From positions 1-64,000 of IMG/VR virus record IMGVR_UViG_2974670102_000001: a stretch of DNA of 64,000 nucleotides; one strand, given 5' to 3'. The number at the start of each line of letters is the position of its first letter. The first letter of the stretch is position 1. A program made the position numbers and the translations under genes. Shown piece after piece: positions 62,121-64,000 of this stretch. The notes under the pieces are model-generated. The model was not told the origin of the DNA and did no database searches. It saw nothing but the letters and a program-made list of their open reading frames with translations. Source of the DNA: a virus (Duplodnaviria; Caudoviricetes).

Positions 62121-63062
62121 ATGCTGCTCTTCAACCCACTCTGGAACAACATAAACAAACCGTGGGGCGTTGGGCGTGCCGTGTTCGGTGGTGGTTCAAG
62201 TTCTGCATTCAACGGCACGAACGTTATCCGCCAGTACACGTTTGCGACCAACACGTGGGCATCGTCCACGACCCTGACATTCGCCCCATACTACGTGGCC
62301 GCAGGCGGCAACGAAACTGAAGCGATCTTCGGCGGCGGTCAGGTCACAACTCCGTCGCCGGGTCCAACCAACACCACCAACAAGTACAACTACAACGCAA
62401 ACGTCTGTGCAGTTGGAACTAACTTGGCCCGAACGCGGTCGAACGCGGCTGGTACAGCAGACGCCAACAATGCTTACTTCTTGGGCGGGGCTGGTGTCAC
62501 GATCACCGAACTGTACAACTTCTCGTCAGACACCGTTAGCGATGGCGGCGCTATCAACAACCCTCCCTACAAGCAAGGGGCAGCGGCCGGTAATGACACG
62601 CAAGCTGCTATTCTTGGGGCCGACAGCGGAGCGGGTGCCAACAACGTTACAATCTACAACTACGCTGCTGGCTCTACGAGCCCGGGCCCCAGCCTCGCAA
62701 ATGGCTTGCAGAGCAGCAGCGCCTGCGGGCTCCCAAGCATGGGCCTGTACGGCGGTGGTTACGATAACACGGCCGCTGCGCGTACTGCTGCCACGTGGAA
62801 GTACACGTACGGTGCGGGCACCCTAGTTTCTGGGACCGCGCTTAGCGTACCGCGTAACCTGCTGGCCGCCACTAACTCCGACAAGACCGGAGTGTTCGGC
62901 GGTGGTATCGGTGATGCCAACGGATCGTATTACTCCACGGTCGACCTGTACGCGTTTGCCACAGACACGGTAACAACAGGCGCGAGTCTTGGGACTCCCA
63001 CAAACGACTTGGCTGCGGCCTCGTCTCCTAACGGTGGACTCACGCCCCCGACAACGCCTTAA
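62121..63062 (+). CDS. kelch-like beta-propeller protein (possible virion appendage/receptor-binding)
   Basis: Six ~44-aa repeats (A/G)(V/I)FGGG...Y.Y...T...G..L...R..(L)AA; RBS AGGAG. Confidence 0.75.
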   Translation: MLLFNPLWNNINKPWGVGRAVFGGGSSSAFNGTNVIRQYTFATNTWASSTTLTFAPYYVAAGGNETEAIFGGGQVTTPSPGPTNTTNKYNYNANVCAVGTNLARTRSNAAGTADANNAYFLGGAGVTITELYNFSSDTVSDGGAINNPPYKQGAAAGNDTQAAILGADSGAGANNVTIYNYAAGSTSPGPSLANGLQSSSACGLPSMGLYGGGYDNTAAARTAATWKYTYGAGTLVSGTALSVPRNLLAATNSDKTGVFGGGIGDANGSYYSTVDLYAFATDTVTTGASLGTPTNDLAAASSPNGGLTPPTTP

Positions 63063-63313
63063 TGCCTGTTGCTATAGAGGTAGGGGAATGCGATGGACTT
63101 CCACGCACCCCTTTCCAGCGGAGACGAGAACTCAAACTCCGGATCACCCACGGCTCCGCGCACGGCCGCCAGAATGATGTCACCACACGGGGAACCAGCA
63201 GCGCGCAGCATCAGCAGGTTGCTGATAAACGAGCCCCACAGTTCCGCAGGCGCGTGCGAATAGCCCGGCTTGAGCGGTGCTTCGCTTTCCGTGAATACCT
63301 GATCTGCAATCAT
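63059..63313 (-). CDS. hypothetical protein
   Basis: Start MIADQVF, RBS GGGAG; promoter TTGACA-N17-TAGACT. Confidence 0.6.
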   Translation of the reverse strand: MIADQVFTESEAPLKPGYSHAPAELWGSFISNLLMLRAAGSPCGDIILAAVRGAVGDPEFEFSSPLERGAWKSIAFPYLYSNRH

Positions 63314-63329
63314 GTCGACTCCCATAAAC

Positions 63330-63359
63330 AAAGAACCCCCAGTCTAGCTGGGGGTTTTT
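63330..63359. terminator. intrinsic terminator overlapping a promoter
   Basis: AACCCCCAG-TCTAG-CTGGGGGTT with flanking A/T tracts. Confidence 0.65.
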
Positions 63360-63375
63360 CATTTGTCAACCGCTT

Positions 63376-63969
63376 TTACAGCGACGCGTCGAGATAGCCG
63401 TACTCGTAACCGACCCCCGCCAAAGTGAGCGAGAACCCCATCGAGAAACGAAATGCCACGTATTTGGCGGTTCGTTCAATGTCGGGATAGCGGTCTTCCT
63501 TCAGCTGGGCCGGAGGCCCCTTATAGACACGCGTACGGTGGAAGTCACCGATGCTGATGGCGCTCACGGTCATGGCTTCGGTCGGGTCAAGAACCTCGTT
63601 CTCTCGCGTCTCGTTGAGGGTGATGCGCTGAATGCCACAGTCGAAGTTGGAAATCAGATCGAGAAGATCGTCATTCTGTGCCACGACCGCATAGGTGTTC
63701 GGGGTCGTGAGACGCGACGCCAGATCACGCGAAGTCGCTTCGACGATTGGGGTGCGCCCCTGACGGATCAGGTTCATGGCCATGCGCTCGACGCCAATGC
63801 GTAACGAATCGACCAAACCCGTGATCCTTTCGCGGGTCTTGGTTTCGTCGTCACTGTACAGAAACGCCGGACACACGCTGACGTGAACGGTCTTGGTTTC
63901 GCTGGTTTCAGCAACCTGCTCGATCCGCGTCGGGCTTATGACACGATAGGTGCCGGGCGTTGCGACCAC
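63376..63969 (-). CDS. hypothetical protein (may extend beyond the window)
   Basis: 197-aa ORF; GTG with GGAG upstream, but the frame stays open to the window edge. Confidence 0.65.
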   Translation of the reverse strand: MVATPGTYRVISPTRIEQVAETSETKTVHVSVCPAFLYSDDETKTRERITGLVDSLRIGVERMAMNLIRQGRTPIVEATSRDLASRLTTPNTYAVVAQNDDLLDLISNFDCGIQRITLNETRENEVLDPTEAMTVSAISIGDFHRTRVYKGPPAQLKEDRYPDIERTAKYVAFRFSMGFSLTLAGVGYEYGYLDASL

Positions 63970-64000
63970 GGGTGCTCCGGACGGACGGAACAGTGAAAGA

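Noticed and set aside
1-64000. Integrase, transposase, reverse transcriptase, tRNA or rRNA genes
   Set aside because: No recognisable catalytic motifs or cloverleaf/T-loop patterns were seen by eye; a recombinase for the cassette hypothesis would have to lie outside the window

Overview
This window is a GC-rich segment of a large, probably jumbo, myophage genome with three parts. (1) 1-29.0 kb is an early/accessory region of about 75 small, mostly minus-strand hypothetical genes. They are organised into short units. Most units are driven by a sigma70-type promoter (TTGACR-N17/18-[TC]AnnAT) that sits next to a fixed-length 27-bp inverted-repeat element, AATAMCC-N13-GGKTATT (about 33 copies). 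That element frequently overlaps the stop codon of the upstream gene, and the -35/-10 spacers are often GC-rich hairpins. Recognisable products are an ArdA-like antirestriction protein, a DnaJ-type Zn-finger/OB-fold protein and a possible Sm-like protein. (2) 29.0-31.5 kb is a hinge: four ORF-less rightward promoters, an array of about 20 CAAAAACTTTTG-like units with a ~20-bp period (candidate origin or packaging site), and a GIY-YIG/multi-HTH endonuclease. (3) 32.4-64 kb is a minus-strand morphogenesis block (tail tube, tail sheath, major capsid, decoration protein, scaffold, prohead protease, 1534-aa SNF2 ATPase, HNH nuclease, neck proteins), followed by nucleotide-metabolism genes (dCMP deaminase, Nudix, MazG-like), a PC4-like protein and a plus-strand beta-propeller protein. 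At least seven otherwise unrelated late proteins share an A-A-x-R-L motif, a candidate capsid-targeting signal. The gene order is reminiscent of phiRSL1-like jumbo phages; this is an inference and no search was run. No tRNA, rRNA, CRISPR array, integrase or transposase was seen. Many ORF-track N-termini are artefacts of the TTG in the -35 box, so starts were re-called from RBSs.
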